From contig CAZDPA010000001.1 in the NCBI GenBank assembly GCA_964507195.1, forward strand, positions 19,648-83,647: a stretch of 64,000 nucleotides of DNA, given 5' to 3'. The notes under the pieces are model-generated. The model was not told the origin of the DNA and ran no database searches. It saw only the letters and a program-made list of their open reading frames with translations. This document shows positions 36,966 to 45,919 of the stretch, piece by piece. The stretch comes from an uncultured Salinisphaerales bacterium. Its GTDB lineage: Bacteria; Pseudomonadota; Gammaproteobacteria; Nevskiales; Nevskiaceae. Each line of letters begins with the position of its first letter. Positions within the stretch are counted from its first letter, which is position 1. The position numbers and the translations under genes are program-made.

Positions 36966-38066
36966 GTGATCGAGACGTCAGACAAGATTGTCTTTTCAAC
37001 TAATTTGAACGCCGATGTAACGGGCGCGGCAGAACGAGAGTCGTTGCTTGCCACGTCGAGTTTCGGCACTTCGTTCACCGATCACATGGTGACGATCCAG
37101 TTCTCAAGGGAGCTGGGTTGGCACGATGCACAGCTCGGTCCCCGTCGTCCGCTGGAGCTTCACCCAGCAGCCAATGCCTTGCACTATGGGCAGGCCATTT
37201 TTGAGGGGCTGAAGGCATACCGGCGACAGGATGGGTCTGTTGCGCTGTTTCGACCAGACAAAAATGCCGAGCGCTTTGTGGCGTCAGCTAACAGAATGGT
37301 GATGCCGCCATTGCCTGCCAAAATCTTCATAGAGGCGCTGAAAGTGTTGACCAGCGCAGATCAGGAATGGGTGCCTTCGGCCGACAAAGGCAGCCTCTAT
37401 CTGCGACCGCTCATGATCGGAACGACCGCCGGGCTTTCGGTGCGACCATCGGATCGATACTTGTTCGTGGTGATGGCTTCGGCTGTGGGGTCCTACTTTT
37501 CTGGCCCACCGCGCCCGTTGTCCATATGGATTAGCCAGGACACGTCCCGAGCGGTCGTAGGTGGAACCGGCGCAGCCAAAGTTGCCGGAAACTACGCGGG
37601 GTCCCTGCAGGGGCAGGCCGAGGCCACCGAGAACGGATGCGATCAGACGCTCTACGTAGATGCGATAGAGCGTCGTTGGATCGAAGAACTCGGGCTGATG
37701 AACATATTCTTCTCGTTCAATGATGGGTCGCTCATCACGCCGCCTTTGTCTGGAACCATTCTTCCCGGAGTCACGCGGGACACAATCCTGTCCCTCGCAC
37801 GCGGCAGAGGTCTGGATGTCCGCGAGGACGTGTACAGCATTGAGCAGCTCAAGAGCGACGCGGAGGAGGGGACGCTAGCGGAGTGCTTTGTCTGCGGTAC
37901 TGGTGCGGGCATAGTTCCTGTCGATCAGTTCAAGTCGAAAGCCGGCGCTTTCGGTGTCGGAAGCGGTCGCAACGAACACCCTCTTGCCATGTCACTTCTT
38001 CAGGAAATGCGAGCAATCCAGCAAGGAACGGCGCCGGATACGCATGGCTGGCTTCATTCGATCTGA
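36966..38066 (+). CDS. ilvE: Branched-chain amino acid aminotransferase (long ~360-aa type)
   Basis: GTG start. FGTSFTDHMVTIQF...LHYGQAIFEGLKAYR and NYAGSL motifs are typical of the long BCAT subgroup. Confidence 0.88.
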   Translation: MIETSDKIVFSTNLNADVTGAAERESLLATSSFGTSFTDHMVTIQFSRELGWHDAQLGPRRPLELHPAANALHYGQAIFEGLKAYRRQDGSVALFRPDKNAERFVASANRMVMPPLPAKIFIEALKVLTSADQEWVPSADKGSLYLRPLMIGTTAGLSVRPSDRYLFVVMASAVGSYFSGPPRPLSIWISQDTSRAVVGGTGAAKVAGNYAGSLQGQAEATENGCDQTLYVDAIERRWIEELGLMNIFFSFNDGSLITPPLSGTILPGVTRDTILSLARGRGLDVREDVYSIEQLKSDAEEGTLAECFVCGTGAGIVPVDQFKSKAGAFGVGSGRNEHPLAMSLLQEMRAIQQGTAPDTHGWLHSI

Positions 38067-38116
38067 TGGAGCAAATCAATGATCTGCACCATCGGACTCG
38101 GAGGTGAGGAGAAGGC

Positions 38117-39097
38117 ATGCAAACGACAGATGCCATCGTGCTAAGTGAAGTCGGTGGGCCCGATCAGCTGAAGGTCCAGTCGATCGAACTGCCGCTGCTC
38201 GGGGCGAACGACTTACTCGTGAGGCACACCGCAATAGCGGTCAACTTCCACGACTGCTACGTCCGCTCGGGCTTGTACAGAACCCTGACCCTTCCCGGCG
38301 TGCCGGGTTTAGAAGCGGTCGGAATCATTGAGGAGGTTGGAAGAGATGTCGCCGGTCTGGCCGTGGGCGACCGCATTGGTTGGGTCAGCCCACTTTATGG
38401 GGGCTATGCCGCGCGGCGTGTTCTCAATGCCGACTTGGCAATCAAGATACCAACGTTCCTATCTGACAATCAGGCTGCGGCATCCCTGGTAAAGGGCTTT
38501 ACAGTCTCGTACCTCGTTGGCAGCGCTCACCGTGTCGGACCGGCTCAAACCGTTTTGATTCATGCCGCGGCGGGGGGCGTAGGACAGATGCTTACCCAGG
38601 CGTGCCACCGTTTAGGGGCGCATGTGATCGCTACAGTTGGCAGTAGTAGCAAAGCTGCTATCGCGCGCGGAGCCGGAGCAGATGAGGTGATTTTGTACAG
38701 AGAAGAGGACTTTCTCGAACGTGTGCTGTCCTCAACACAAGGGCGAGGGGTAGACGTTGTATTTGACTCCGTAGGGGCCGACACATTTGTGAAGTCGATG
38801 CGCTGCCTCGACTACGGAGGATCTCTGGTCAACTATGGTCAGTCGTCAGGCCCTGTTCTGCCATTTACGCCGACTGACCTGGCGCAGAAGTCTCTGTCTG
38901 TCAGTCGACCCATCATCTTCCATTTCATGAGAAAGCGAGATGACCTTGTACGCCTGGCAACTGAGACGTTTGACGCATTTGACCGGGGGCTGTTCAAGCC
39001 AGTTGAGGCTGTCGCATATCCACTCTCTGAAGCGGCTGATGCGCACCGACTTCTGGAAGCTCGACAGAGTCCAGGTGGAGTCGTTCTGATTCCGTGA
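38117..39097 (+). CDS. NADPH:quinone oxidoreductase / zinc-type alcohol dehydrogenase superfamily (MDR)
   Basis: 326 aa; a GroES-like N-domain and the Rossmann motif IHAAAGGVGQ. Confidence 0.88.
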   Translation: MQTTDAIVLSEVGGPDQLKVQSIELPLLGANDLLVRHTAIAVNFHDCYVRSGLYRTLTLPGVPGLEAVGIIEEVGRDVAGLAVGDRIGWVSPLYGGYAARRVLNADLAIKIPTFLSDNQAAASLVKGFTVSYLVGSAHRVGPAQTVLIHAAAGGVGQMLTQACHRLGAHVIATVGSSSKAAIARGAGADEVILYREEDFLERVLSSTQGRGVDVVFDSVGADTFVKSMRCLDYGGSLVNYGQSSGPVLPFTPTDLAQKSLSVSRPIIFHFMRKRDDLVRLATETFDAFDRGLFKPVEAVAYPLSEAADAHRLLEARQSPGGVVLIP

Positions 39098-39176
39098 CGG
39101 TGCTGCTCTTCGAACCACGAGCGGCTCGGGTGAGTCAATTTGAAGCGGTGGCGGGGCTATGCCTGCAGGAGAAACA

Positions 39177-39974
39177 ATGCGAATAAGCTTGGCCCAATAT
39201 GCATTGGGCGCGGATATGGGCGCCAATCTCGCCAAAGCGTTGGCCATGATGAAGCGGGCTTCACAGTGTGAAGCTCAACTAGTTGTCTTTCCGGAATTGT
39301 GCCTCAGTCCCTTTTTTCCGCAGTACTCAGGGCAGGACGCCTCAAAGTATCTGGTATCAATCGATGACGAGCCCATCCGGAGATTTCGAGCGACGTGCAG
39401 AGATCTGAGAATTTCAGCATCCCCGAACGTGTACCTGAGAGAAGGTGACAATTCGTTTGACGCATCATTGATGATCGATGCGGAAGGGATTAGTCACGGC
39501 GCATCAAAGATGGTGCACATCGCTCAAGTGCCCTGCTTTTATGAGCAAGACTATTACACGCCGTCTGATACGGGTTTCAAGGTATACGACACATCACTTG
39601 GCCGGATCGGTATCGTAGTTTGTTTTGATCGCCACTATCCGGAGAGTATTCGCACCTGCGTCGTGCGCGGTGCCTCGCTGATTCTCATCCCCACAGCCAA
39701 CACGCGCGATGAGCCACGCGACTTGTTCGAATGCGAATTGCGAGCGGCCGCTATGCAGAATGGCGTATTCATCGCCATGTGCAACAGGACCGGCCGAGAA
39801 GGCGAGGTCACATTCTGCGGCGAATCAATCATTGTCGATCCGTTTGGCAATGTCGTGAAGAAAGCGTCGACAGGCGAGGAACTGCTGCTGGCCGACATCG
39901 ATCTTTCGCAGGTGGAAGTGGCGCGGCGCAAGCGCCCATATCTTCCGCTACGGCGACCCGAGTTGTATGAATGA
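39177..39974 (+). CDS. Carbon-nitrogen hydrolase (nitrilase superfamily) protein
   Basis: GGAG lies 5 nt upstream of the ATG at 39177. VVFPELCLSPFF (Glu) and IGIVVCFDRHYPE (Cys) are catalytic-triad contexts. Confidence 0.88.
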   Translation: MRISLAQYALGADMGANLAKALAMMKRASQCEAQLVVFPELCLSPFFPQYSGQDASKYLVSIDDEPIRRFRATCRDLRISASPNVYLREGDNSFDASLMIDAEGISHGASKMVHIAQVPCFYEQDYYTPSDTGFKVYDTSLGRIGIVVCFDRHYPESIRTCVVRGASLILIPTANTRDEPRDLFECELRAAAMQNGVFIAMCNRTGREGEVTFCGESIIVDPFGNVVKKASTGEELLLADIDLSQVEVARRKRPYLPLRRPELYE

Positions 39975-40460
39975 CTGTACGGATGGCAGTACCGCATAAG
40001 CTAAACCTGACGCTATGAAATGCGATAAAAGCTGAGTGTCCCTGAAGCGGACAGTCCTGAAGGTCTCCGTTTGGCACCTTTGCGACAGTCACACGTCAGC
40101 CCTTTGCGGCTACCACGGGTAAATCAATCATGGCTCCAGAGCAGCCATTCAGGTCTGCACATATTGCGCGCCCCTCAACACCGCTGGACATTGCTTAGTC
40201 TCAGGGGCACTAGCCGCCGTTTATCGACGTAAAGTCCAAGATCGCAGCCGCGCAGGCTTTCGGACCGGCTGGTTCTTCGCTTGGAAGAGGGCAGCGCGAG
40301 GTAGCGATAGATGCTGATCTTTCGGCGCCGCGGCCTTCGGACGAGCGTTGATCGGCTCTCGGGAGTGCTCGATCACGACAAGGTCGTCAACGCGCCAGCC
40401 TACCTCTACAGGTATTCGTACCTCGCTCATTCACTTCACACCAATGCAGCTTCAACTAGG

Positions 40461-40721
40461 ATGGCACCTATGAAAATCAGGATCGTACTCTTGGTACTTA
40501 TTGCTTCAAGTGAGTATGCACACAGACCTGTCGACGGTAGCAATTACTTTGTCGCACCAAGTCACTCTTCTGTGGAGACGGTCACGAGTGGGCACAAGAA
40601 CTGGGGGCAATCCGGTATGAGAGAGCGACAGGGAGATCGTGTTTTCGTTGAGATGGCAGAAGATCAGAAGCCGCCTCTTGGAATCTATGAAGTGAGGCTG
40701 GCACGAACTTCAAAAGACTAG
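40461..40721 (+). CDS. Small hypothetical exported protein
   Basis: MAPMKIRIVLLVLIASSEYAH is a signal-like N-terminus (ATGs at 40461 and 40470). No homology recognised. At the left edge of the AT-richer island. Confidence 0.3.
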   Translation: MAPMKIRIVLLVLIASSEYAHRPVDGSNYFVAPSHSSVETVTSGHKNWGQSGMRERQGDRVFVEMAEDQKPPLGIYEVRLARTSKD

Positions 40722-40945
40722 GCTCCGTGCGGTTAGAGACCAGTGTGGGCGCGGCGGTGGGTCCCCATCTTGGAATCTAAAGCTGCAGCAGGAGCGATGC
40801 GCTAGGCCAGGGCGCGCGGGATGAGAGCGGACACGCGGATCTCGAGCTTCCGGACTGCATTGAGAGCGATAACGGACGCGTGGATTTCCGCGTCAAACGA
40901 CGGGTGTTTGTATCTACTGTCTTCTGAAAGCAGAGCCCCGGGGAA

Positions 40946-41449
40946 TCAATCTTGTTTGCCACTCTTAAAAAGAAGTCCAAGCAATCCCTTAATTGGCGTG
41001 CTGAAGGTGTCATAGGTTGTTTCTTCCTGTAGCTCGAAAGTTCCATCCGGCATCAATTTGATGGTCTTCTTTATTGTCTTGGGCTTCTCTGGGCCCAGCA
41101 TGTAGATGGCATACAGGGCGACCAGTGCAATGGTGCCGACTTCTAGAAGCGGCATATCCCGGTCCGCACCCGATATTGCTCCTTCAACAATATGCCGGGA
41201 CTCCTCTTGGTTCGACGAGTGCATGATCCACATAAGGGCAATGTCCCGAACTAGGTCTGGCTTTGATTCAAGTTCGCGCAAAGCTTGAACAATCACCTCT
41301 TGATTCTTCGATGCGCCCTCTAGTGCGCTTCTCATTTCTGCAGGAGACATGTCCCCGGATGCCTCAAATACTGAAGACTTTAGAATCTGAAGAATGGTTT
41401 CAGGAGTCGCTTTGATAGCATTCAGTCTGCTCACTACGTTCATATCCAT
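40946..41449 (-). CDS. Hypothetical single-pass membrane protein, translationally linked to the CHAT protease gene
   Basis: 167 aa. Helical N-domain, one TM (LLEVGTIALVALYAIYMLG) and a short Lys-rich tail. Its start overlaps the last 10 nt of the upstream CHAT gene (41440-41449). Confidence 0.6.
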   Translation of the reverse strand: MDMNVVSRLNAIKATPETILQILKSSVFEASGDMSPAEMRSALEGASKNQEVIVQALRELESKPDLVRDIALMWIMHSSNQEESRHIVEGAISGADRDMPLLEVGTIALVALYAIYMLGPEKPKTIKKTIKLMPDGTFELQEETTYDTFSTPIKGLLGLLFKSGKQD

Positions 41450-44400
41450 GCTCCTTCAATTACGAATGCGTGGGCCTGCCAAGCTGGAACCCCACGACCG
41501 ATGGCCGCTTCTACGGCATAAGCTAGCGCCTTCACGAGGGGGGCCCCATTGACGAAAATGGATATCGCATCATCGAGGATTGGCAACGCCAACTCAGCGT
41601 CGATCTTCCATCGTGGCGCGACCACAGCGTTCGTCCCTACGCTTGCCAGCATTGATGCAAAACTTGTGCGCTCGTCCAGACCGGAAATCGACACAGCGCC
41701 GCCTGAGCACGCGCCCAGGAAGATTGTCCTCGGTGCGATCTTTTGGTGCTCCAGCTCGTCCCATCCGAAACAATGCGCTCTGTTGGCGTCGAGCGTAGCG
41801 CCAAAGCTATAGCCTGGCGGCGCCATCCCCATATGGTCAATGATAAGGACTATTCCACGTTCGTCCTTCGAAATCTGCCCGTGGCATAGAACCTTCAGCA
41901 GATCAGTCCCCTCGAGCAGCCTGCGAAATGCTTCAGAGTCCGCAACTCCCGGTGGCGCGAGATCGAGCGCTAGGCCATTCGCATTCGCAACTTCCTTTAC
42001 TCTGTCTGCTGACGCCTGAAGGGCAGCGCGCACGGCGCTCGTTTCGTTCGATCGCGGCGAATGCAGGAGCCCCAGTCTAGGTCGAGGTGGTGCCGAGCCA
42101 TTTGCGGCGACGGCAATCTTTATCGCATGCCAGTCTGCCGCGTAGGACGTGGTCCACTTTGGAGCAAGTGCAATATGGTAGGGGAGGCCAGACATATTCA
42201 CGTGGTCGATGAACACAACGTGCCCGCCAGCGGGCAAAACCTTCTCCAAAAGACTTTTCAATGAGTCTTCGATGAGCTTCCAATGAGGTATCTCATGGGG
42301 TTGCCCCAGCCGGCCTTGGTGCCAGTTGTCGAGTCGAGCAACAATTTTGTCAGCTGCCTTGACCCAGTCGGTTTCGGCGTTGTTCTCAATAAACTCTGTT
42401 CGCACGTTCCCCGGAGAGACAAGGGTTGAGATCCCGAATACCTTTCCAGGAACATCGCACCATTCAATGACGACGAAAGGTTCGTGAACATTCCGAATCA
42501 TTTCGGCTGTTACGACACCGTCAAACGCATCAATGGCACTGTGGCTCTGCGTACGCATTGCTTTTCGATGGGCGTTACGCCGAAGCTCGGCGAGCAGCTG
42601 GATCTCACTTGCCGACCGACCTTGGGCAAGTGCAACGAGCGTCAATCGCCCAAGGGGATCATCCAGTGGAGAAAGCAACGCCATTGTGGCAATGCTCAGT
42701 GATACGCCGCCCGCCGACTCAGCGATCGCTTGAGGGATCGCTAGCACCATGTCACTAAAGCAATCTGGATTGTCTTGAACACCCGTTATCGCAACCTCGA
42801 TCACCGTTCGAGGCTCGAGAGTCAGATCAGCCTCGAGACAGATAAGCGCGTCGCGTCTCCAAAGCGCTTCTGCTTCTGAGCATTCAAACTCCTGAGCAAG
42901 CATGGCTGCAGAAAAGCAGGCGTTATGTGCTTCCCTGACATTCCTGCATTCCATCTGCTGATCCACTCTGTTGGAGAGGCGTGTCAGAACGGAGGCGACT
43001 ATCTGGAGGTGCTCCTCCGACCTCCGGACTTCAGTTGACGGTTGTCGAATGATTGCTGAGTAGGGCACTAAGGCCGCGTCAGGGATCTCTTCTAGATCCG
43101 GACACTCCTTGCGCAGTGCCGCCACGCGCTCCTGTTGTCCAAGCTGCGATCTTATTGCAATCTCACAGACGAGTAGACCAATGCGTGTGTCCCGCAGCTC
43201 AAACCCCCCGGCCATTCGCCGCGCATCGGCGAGAGCTTCGACAGCCTCAGCGGATCGGCCCATCTGAATGAGGGTAGTCCCGAGTGACTGCAGCGGCATG
43301 TATGATCGCCCATCGGTCAACTCGACTGCACGAGAGATACAGGGCATCGCTTCTGAAAAGCGACCCAACTCTCTCAGAAGAATTCCGCGATTGAGCCATG
43401 CAGTTGCCCTGTTGCCGTCAGTCGCATCGGGATCTCTTAGAGTGACGCTCAATGTAGTTTCCGCAACATCAAGAGCGGTTATCCGCTTTCCCAAAAGGCG
43501 AAGCGCATTGCTGCGTTCAGTCCAAAGGCAGCGTTGACTCGAAAGGCTGAGCGCATTCTCCCAGGGGGCTTGTTCTTCTCCTATCTTTGCAAGGGCGAGA
43601 ACCGGCTGCCCCAGAAGTTTCATCCGCTCGCCAAACCAGGCCAGTAGGGATGCCCTCTCCTCGATGTCACCTTCCGTTGAAGGCTCAAGAAACTCGAAGA
43701 GCGTCGTAACCGCATGAGCATCCTCGAACCAAGGTAGTCTCCATGCTGCAAGCAAGGTAGATATTGAGAGCTGACTGTTGCGACCCCGTATAGAGAGGAT
43801 TAGCTCGGCGAACTGCTTCGGAGTATGTTCTTCCGAACTCTTCGCTTCCACGGACTCCGCATTGCTCGGCGATGTTTTGATGTACAGGCCGCCTTTGAGC
43901 ACATCGTTCAGAATGTCGCCATGGCCGAGGTCCTCTGTCGCAGCGTCAAGCCGTTCGAACAGCGCTCGTCGGTCCTGAGAGTCCGGCGAAGATAGAATTC
44001 CGTTGACCACTGACGACACTGCGTTCCATGCGCCCTCATAGGTGATAGTTCGAGAAATCCTCTGCGCAGATAGTTGGAAACGGTCACCGTCCTCTTCCGA
44101 TTCCGCAGATCGTGCTTGCAATCTCATAAGCAGATAGGCGTAGGCCCAATCTACAGATCGTGGAGACTCGCGGCCGAGCATGGAATGAAGAGACGTATCG
44201 ACTGCAAGAAAATGAAAGCGTATCCGGGGGTCGATATCCTTTTCTGTAATCAAATTCCAAGTGACGTTAAGCATCTCCGTCACTCGATCGGCGACGAAGA
44301 TGACAGCTCCACAGCTGTCAACCAAGCGGGCCAAGACTTCTTCTAAAGTCTTTGTCGTTGTTAATGCCGCAATTCCAATAGACCAGCTTTGAATCGTGTG

Positions 44401-44970
44401 GACGATGAGCTCGTAAATTACTTCCAACGTACGCGCACGGTCGTCAACAAGACCATCCGTACTACCGGAGTGCACGCCAAATTTCGGCACGATTCCGTGC
44501 GCGCCAACTAGCATAGCGCTCAAAATCTCGCCTTGAAGGCCTTGCCAGCAACGAACGGCTTCCTGTGGGTTTACGGGATTGAGGTGAGGGAGGGGATATT
44601 GTCGAGCGGTCGATTTCACCTTTTCGGCGAATACGGATTTGAACTCCTCTAGGTTAGCGACCCGCTGTAGAGTGGGGCTTTCACCAAGCGATTTGGTGAG
44701 TGGCGACAGAACGTCACGCGCGTTGTCTTCTGGATTGAATCCCTGGTCCAGGAGGACAAGCTTGTTCTCAACTAGAAAGTATCCGACTAGGCTCTGGGAA
44801 ATCGATTCTATTCCGCCGCAATGTGGGCAATCGGCAAGGCCAACCCGCTCCGTGTACAGATCGAAGACATCCGTTGTTCGCAGAGCCATCAATAAACGCC
44901 ATCTTTGGTCTGCTGGAGCCTCCTTTCCGCAGTCACTCGATCTACAGACAATCATGATCGCCCCCGTCAC
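41440..44970 (-). CDS. Zn-ribbon / helical / TPR / CHAT-domain (caspase-like) protease
   Basis: 1176 aa. N-terminal Cys pairs CRSSDC and CPHCG (CpXC-like ribbon). Central TPR-like helices (ATAWLNRGILLRELGRFSEAMPCISRAVEL). C-terminal CHAT dyad contexts LKVLCHGQ (His) and TIFLGACSGG (Cys). No signal peptide. Confidence 0.85.
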   Translation of the reverse strand: MTGAIMIVCRSSDCGKEAPADQRWRLLMALRTTDVFDLYTERVGLADCPHCGGIESISQSLVGYFLVENKLVLLDQGFNPEDNARDVLSPLTKSLGESPTLQRVANLEEFKSVFAEKVKSTARQYPLPHLNPVNPQEAVRCWQGLQGEILSAMLVGAHGIVPKFGVHSGSTDGLVDDRARTLEVIYELIVHTIQSWSIGIAALTTTKTLEEVLARLVDSCGAVIFVADRVTEMLNVTWNLITEKDIDPRIRFHFLAVDTSLHSMLGRESPRSVDWAYAYLLMRLQARSAESEEDGDRFQLSAQRISRTITYEGAWNAVSSVVNGILSSPDSQDRRALFERLDAATEDLGHGDILNDVLKGGLYIKTSPSNAESVEAKSSEEHTPKQFAELILSIRGRNSQLSISTLLAAWRLPWFEDAHAVTTLFEFLEPSTEGDIEERASLLAWFGERMKLLGQPVLALAKIGEEQAPWENALSLSSQRCLWTERSNALRLLGKRITALDVAETTLSVTLRDPDATDGNRATAWLNRGILLRELGRFSEAMPCISRAVELTDGRSYMPLQSLGTTLIQMGRSAEAVEALADARRMAGGFELRDTRIGLLVCEIAIRSQLGQQERVAALRKECPDLEEIPDAALVPYSAIIRQPSTEVRRSEEHLQIVASVLTRLSNRVDQQMECRNVREAHNACFSAAMLAQEFECSEAEALWRRDALICLEADLTLEPRTVIEVAITGVQDNPDCFSDMVLAIPQAIAESAGGVSLSIATMALLSPLDDPLGRLTLVALAQGRSASEIQLLAELRRNAHRKAMRTQSHSAIDAFDGVVTAEMIRNVHEPFVVIEWCDVPGKVFGISTLVSPGNVRTEFIENNAETDWVKAADKIVARLDNWHQGRLGQPHEIPHWKLIEDSLKSLLEKVLPAGGHVVFIDHVNMSGLPYHIALAPKWTTSYAADWHAIKIAVAANGSAPPRPRLGLLHSPRSNETSAVRAALQASADRVKEVANANGLALDLAPPGVADSEAFRRLLEGTDLLKVLCHGQISKDERGIVLIIDHMGMAPPGYSFGATLDANRAHCFGWDELEHQKIAPRTIFLGACSGGAVSISGLDERTSFASMLASVGTNAVVAPRWKIDAELALPILDDAISIFVNGAPLVKALAYAVEAAIGRGVPAWQAHAFVIEGAWI

Positions 44971-45167
44971 CCAAACAAGCGCCTCTACTGCATCTACGAC
45001 TCTGTGAAGGCGCTTCCCTTCACATTACAAGCATGCCCGATGCGGGTGACCTTAGAGGAGTCCGTGCTAAGGGCGATCTGACTCAATGCGACGGAGTCGA
45101 GGTCGAGGCTCTGAGGTCGCGCGTGCCTGAGCGCGGATCGACGCCCGCCAGTCGAACTTCATTTCAC

Positions 45168-45821
45168 TCATGGCTTCCTAATCGACACGACCTGGTGAGC
45201 CCGCGAACGTCTAAGCGAAAGCACATCTAGTTGAAGCTTCTCCGTTTCCAATCGAAGCCTCTCGATCTCTAGATGATGTGTACTAACACCCCTCTCTAGG
45301 ACCTCAATTTCCAGCTCCAGCTTTCGGTTTTGGAGCAGGCGAATGGCGGCCTCGTCGGCATCGTCCTTATGCCAACTCACCATTCCCCAGAAACACATGA
45401 TCATTCCAAATCCAAGTAGCGGAATGATGGACCACCAATACAGCTCGAGCGCCTTACTCCAGGGCGAAAGGTCCCTCAATTGATCCTTCAGCTTCTTTGT
45501 GGCTTCCTCAGCGTCCTTGAGTTCTTTTTCCGCAAATCGAAGGGCATTCTTTCGCTCTGGAATTGGGTATGGAACAAAGCTCGGTTGGCGTGGTGAGGTA
45601 ACGCCATCTTTCAGATCTTCAACCCAGAAGCTCAGCGACTGCGTATTCTCCCACGAGCGAAAGTGCGCCGCGGCGAGTTCGCTCTGTTGCCAACTTTGAA
45701 AACTCAGATAGGCGGCGAAAACCAGTATCAAGCCGCCTAGCAAGATCAGGCGCAAGCCCGAGATCGCAAAGAAGCGATTCAAGCTGGAAGTAGGCAGAAT
45801 AGGGAATCCGCTGAAGTTCAT
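45168..45821 (-). CDS. Hypothetical two-TM coiled-coil membrane protein
   Basis: 217 aa. TM1 is LRLILLGGLILVFAAYLSF and TM2 is WWSIIPLLGFGMIMCFWGMVSW. Heptad-like segments EKELKDAEEATKKLKDQL and LELEIEVLERG...LEIERLRLETEKLQLDVLSL. Confidence 0.6.
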   Translation of the reverse strand: MNFSGFPILPTSSLNRFFAISGLRLILLGGLILVFAAYLSFQSWQQSELAAAHFRSWENTQSLSFWVEDLKDGVTSPRQPSFVPYPIPERKNALRFAEKELKDAEEATKKLKDQLRDLSPWSKALELYWWSIIPLLGFGMIMCFWGMVSWHKDDADEAAIRLLQNRKLELEIEVLERGVSTHHLEIERLRLETEKLQLDVLSLRRSRAHQVVSIRKP

Positions 45822-45919
45822 TTGCGGCCATCCAAGTTCTCACGAAAAACCGTAATCGCGCCCGATCTCTGAAGCGACGCTGCGCCCGATTCCGGCAGCC
45901 GCTACGGCGGGTTCAACGC

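Noticed and set aside
40221-40430. 69-aa reverse ORF beginning MSEVRIPVEVGWRVDDLVVIEH, reminiscent of AbrB/VapB-type antitoxin swapped-hairpin motifs
   Set aside because: A stop codon lies immediately upstream, so the first strand of the fold would be missing. The remainder is Pro/Arg/Lys-rich filler, and no toxin gene follows. At best it is a fragment.
40777-41046. 89-aa reverse ORF and 64-aa forward ORF (40821-41015) in the region around the 3' end of the 167-aa gene
   Set aside because: They overlap each other and the 3' end of the 167-aa gene. They have no start context or motifs and are probably non-coding.
45004-45023. Hairpin GTGAAGG-cgcttc-CCTTCAC between the 2-TM gene and the CHAT gene, considered as an internal terminator splitting the cluster
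   Set aside because: The stem is only 7 bp and no U-run follows on the transcribed (reverse) strand. It cannot be called a terminator from sequence alone.
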